A stretch of 63,875 nt of DNA, the filler included. It is 5 parts of 5 records of this genome, joined end to end, with 100 filler letters (N's around TTAATTAATTAA, not from the genome) between each part and the next. Parts side by side here need not be neighbours in the genome. Positions count along the whole stretch, not along the records: positions 43,093 to 63,875 come from DRR378314_903; 4 more parts are not named here. One strand, given 5' to 3'. Made by a program: the position numbers and the translations under genes. The notes beneath the pieces are model-generated. The model was not told where the DNA came from, made no database searches, and saw nothing but the letters and a program-made list of their open reading frames with translations. Shown one piece after another: positions 57,348 to 63,875 of this stretch; position 1 is the first letter of the stretch, and every line of letters starts with the position of its first letter.

Positions 57348-57794
57348 GCGCTTCGCCGTTCTGTTGCCCCGCTGAGGGCGGCGAAAGGAGCACAGCTGTG
57401 CGTCCGGCGACCGCTGCGGCGCAGTGGCCGTTCCTTTGCCTTGCCAAATGTGTGCGCGCAATACATCGATGGTGGCTACCGAGAACTTCGGACTGCATCC
57501 TTATCAGTGCTGTATCGGCACCTTGTGCGCGCCGCCTCCCGTGTGAGAAACGGGCATGGTCTGTGCGAAGCGCTGACCGAGCCATTTGAACCCCCTTTCC
57601 ATGCAATAGGGTTAGCGTCTCCCGAGGGGAAGTATCAGGGTCGATCAGCCATAGATGTCGTCAAGGTTAAGTAGGGGTGAGTATACGTGTCGCGCTGCGC
57701 GCCTGCTGTTGCAGACTGGTGCCGAGCCTGCGCTACTGTGCGCGCGCAAGGTCCAGCACGTCGATCTGGGCAACGGCTGAATGCGCTTTGAGGA

Positions 57795-63104
<5,310 letters not shown>

Positions 63105-63875
63105 GAGGAGTGACTTACATTTTTGGGTACACTTTCTGAGAAAGAGTTATTGTCGCTGGACGTCGATATGCTCATCCGGCGGGGTACGGAAGAGATTGTG
63201 CTGCGGCAAGGTATCCCTGGCGCCTGCGCGCTGCGATCATCCGTCCTCCGAGTCAGACGAGTTGCGCAGAGAGGCGAGGTATCCCTGCTGGAAAGCGATG
63301 TACTGCACGCGCATAGCGAGCGCACCGGAGTACGACACGTCCTATGATTTAACAAAGGTCACGATAAGAGACAGGAATAAATTCAAAAAGAAATAAATTC
63401 TATTCTGGCAAGAAATCCTCTTGGGTGTTTTTCTTTTTCGGTCCACGGGCAGGGAAAATGATTTCACGTACATCCCCAAAGTACTGTCGATGCTCAAGGG
63501 GCGCGCACTGGCGGACGTGGCGGGCGAGAGACGAGGCATCCGCGCGAGTTGCGCTGCAGCACAAACGGATCAAGATCCGAGGAAAGCAAAGGAAGCACTC
63601 GCGACAATTATCATACATTGACGGCAGTCATTTTGCGCGCCATCGCGAGGAAGTGCTGTGCAATGAGGAGTGGGATCGAACGCTACTCGGCTTTCTGCCA
63701 CACTCCCACCACCATGCTGCGGCCTCCCCGACACCTGAGAAAGCGACTCCCTTGCTAGCTAGTCGTGTTTGTTCGTCGGACTATTGCGCCGTTCTTTGGG
63801 CGGTAGACAGCAGACAGGAGCATGCTACGTTCCGTCTCAAAATCGCGCGTACTTCCGTTGCTGGTGTACAGCTGG

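Noticed and set aside
63755..63874. Possible last exon of a convergent gene (QLYTSNGSTRDFETERSMLLSAVYRPK...*)
   Set aside because: Only about 40 codons at the window edge with no recognisable motif, so it cannot be supported.

Overview
This window is not one locus. It is five unrelated contigs joined by four identical 100-bp artificial spacers (44 N + TTAATTAATTAA + 44 N). (1) 1-17316, GC-rich alphaproteobacterium (Roseobacter-group-like): a peptide ABC transporter with two tandem binding proteins, an IorAB-type molybdoenzyme plus a diheme cytochrome c, an FdhF/YdeP-FdhD operon, and a GlcNAc/MurNAc (nag/murQ) cluster. (2) 17417-22545, GC-rich gammaproteobacterium (Alcanivorax-like): a sulfotransferase-GT4-DUF2334 operon, a LysR regulator and the start of an AupA/FadL-like outer-membrane transporter. 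(3) 22646-28695, intron-rich eukaryote: an ABHD13/BEM46 hydrolase and a tetraspanin. (4) 28796-42992, Halomonas-like core genome: metH, MATE, cysI, smrA, wrbA, pdxH, a divergent Pat acetyltransferase/HDAC pair and tusE. (5) 43093-63875, intron-rich eukaryote: an MFSD1-like transporter, a plant/protist-type TyrRS and a mitochondrial-type MetRS. I reconstructed all eukaryotic exon chains by hand; the ORF track misses them. All taxon assignments are inferred from protein motifs and composition, not from searches. I found no CRISPR array, rRNA, tRNA or intact mobile element, and no unambiguous novel system. The best candidates for uncharacterised biology are the sulfotransferase-GT4-deacetylase operon, the periplasmic Mo-enzyme/diheme cytochrome module and the divergent Pat/HDAC pair.
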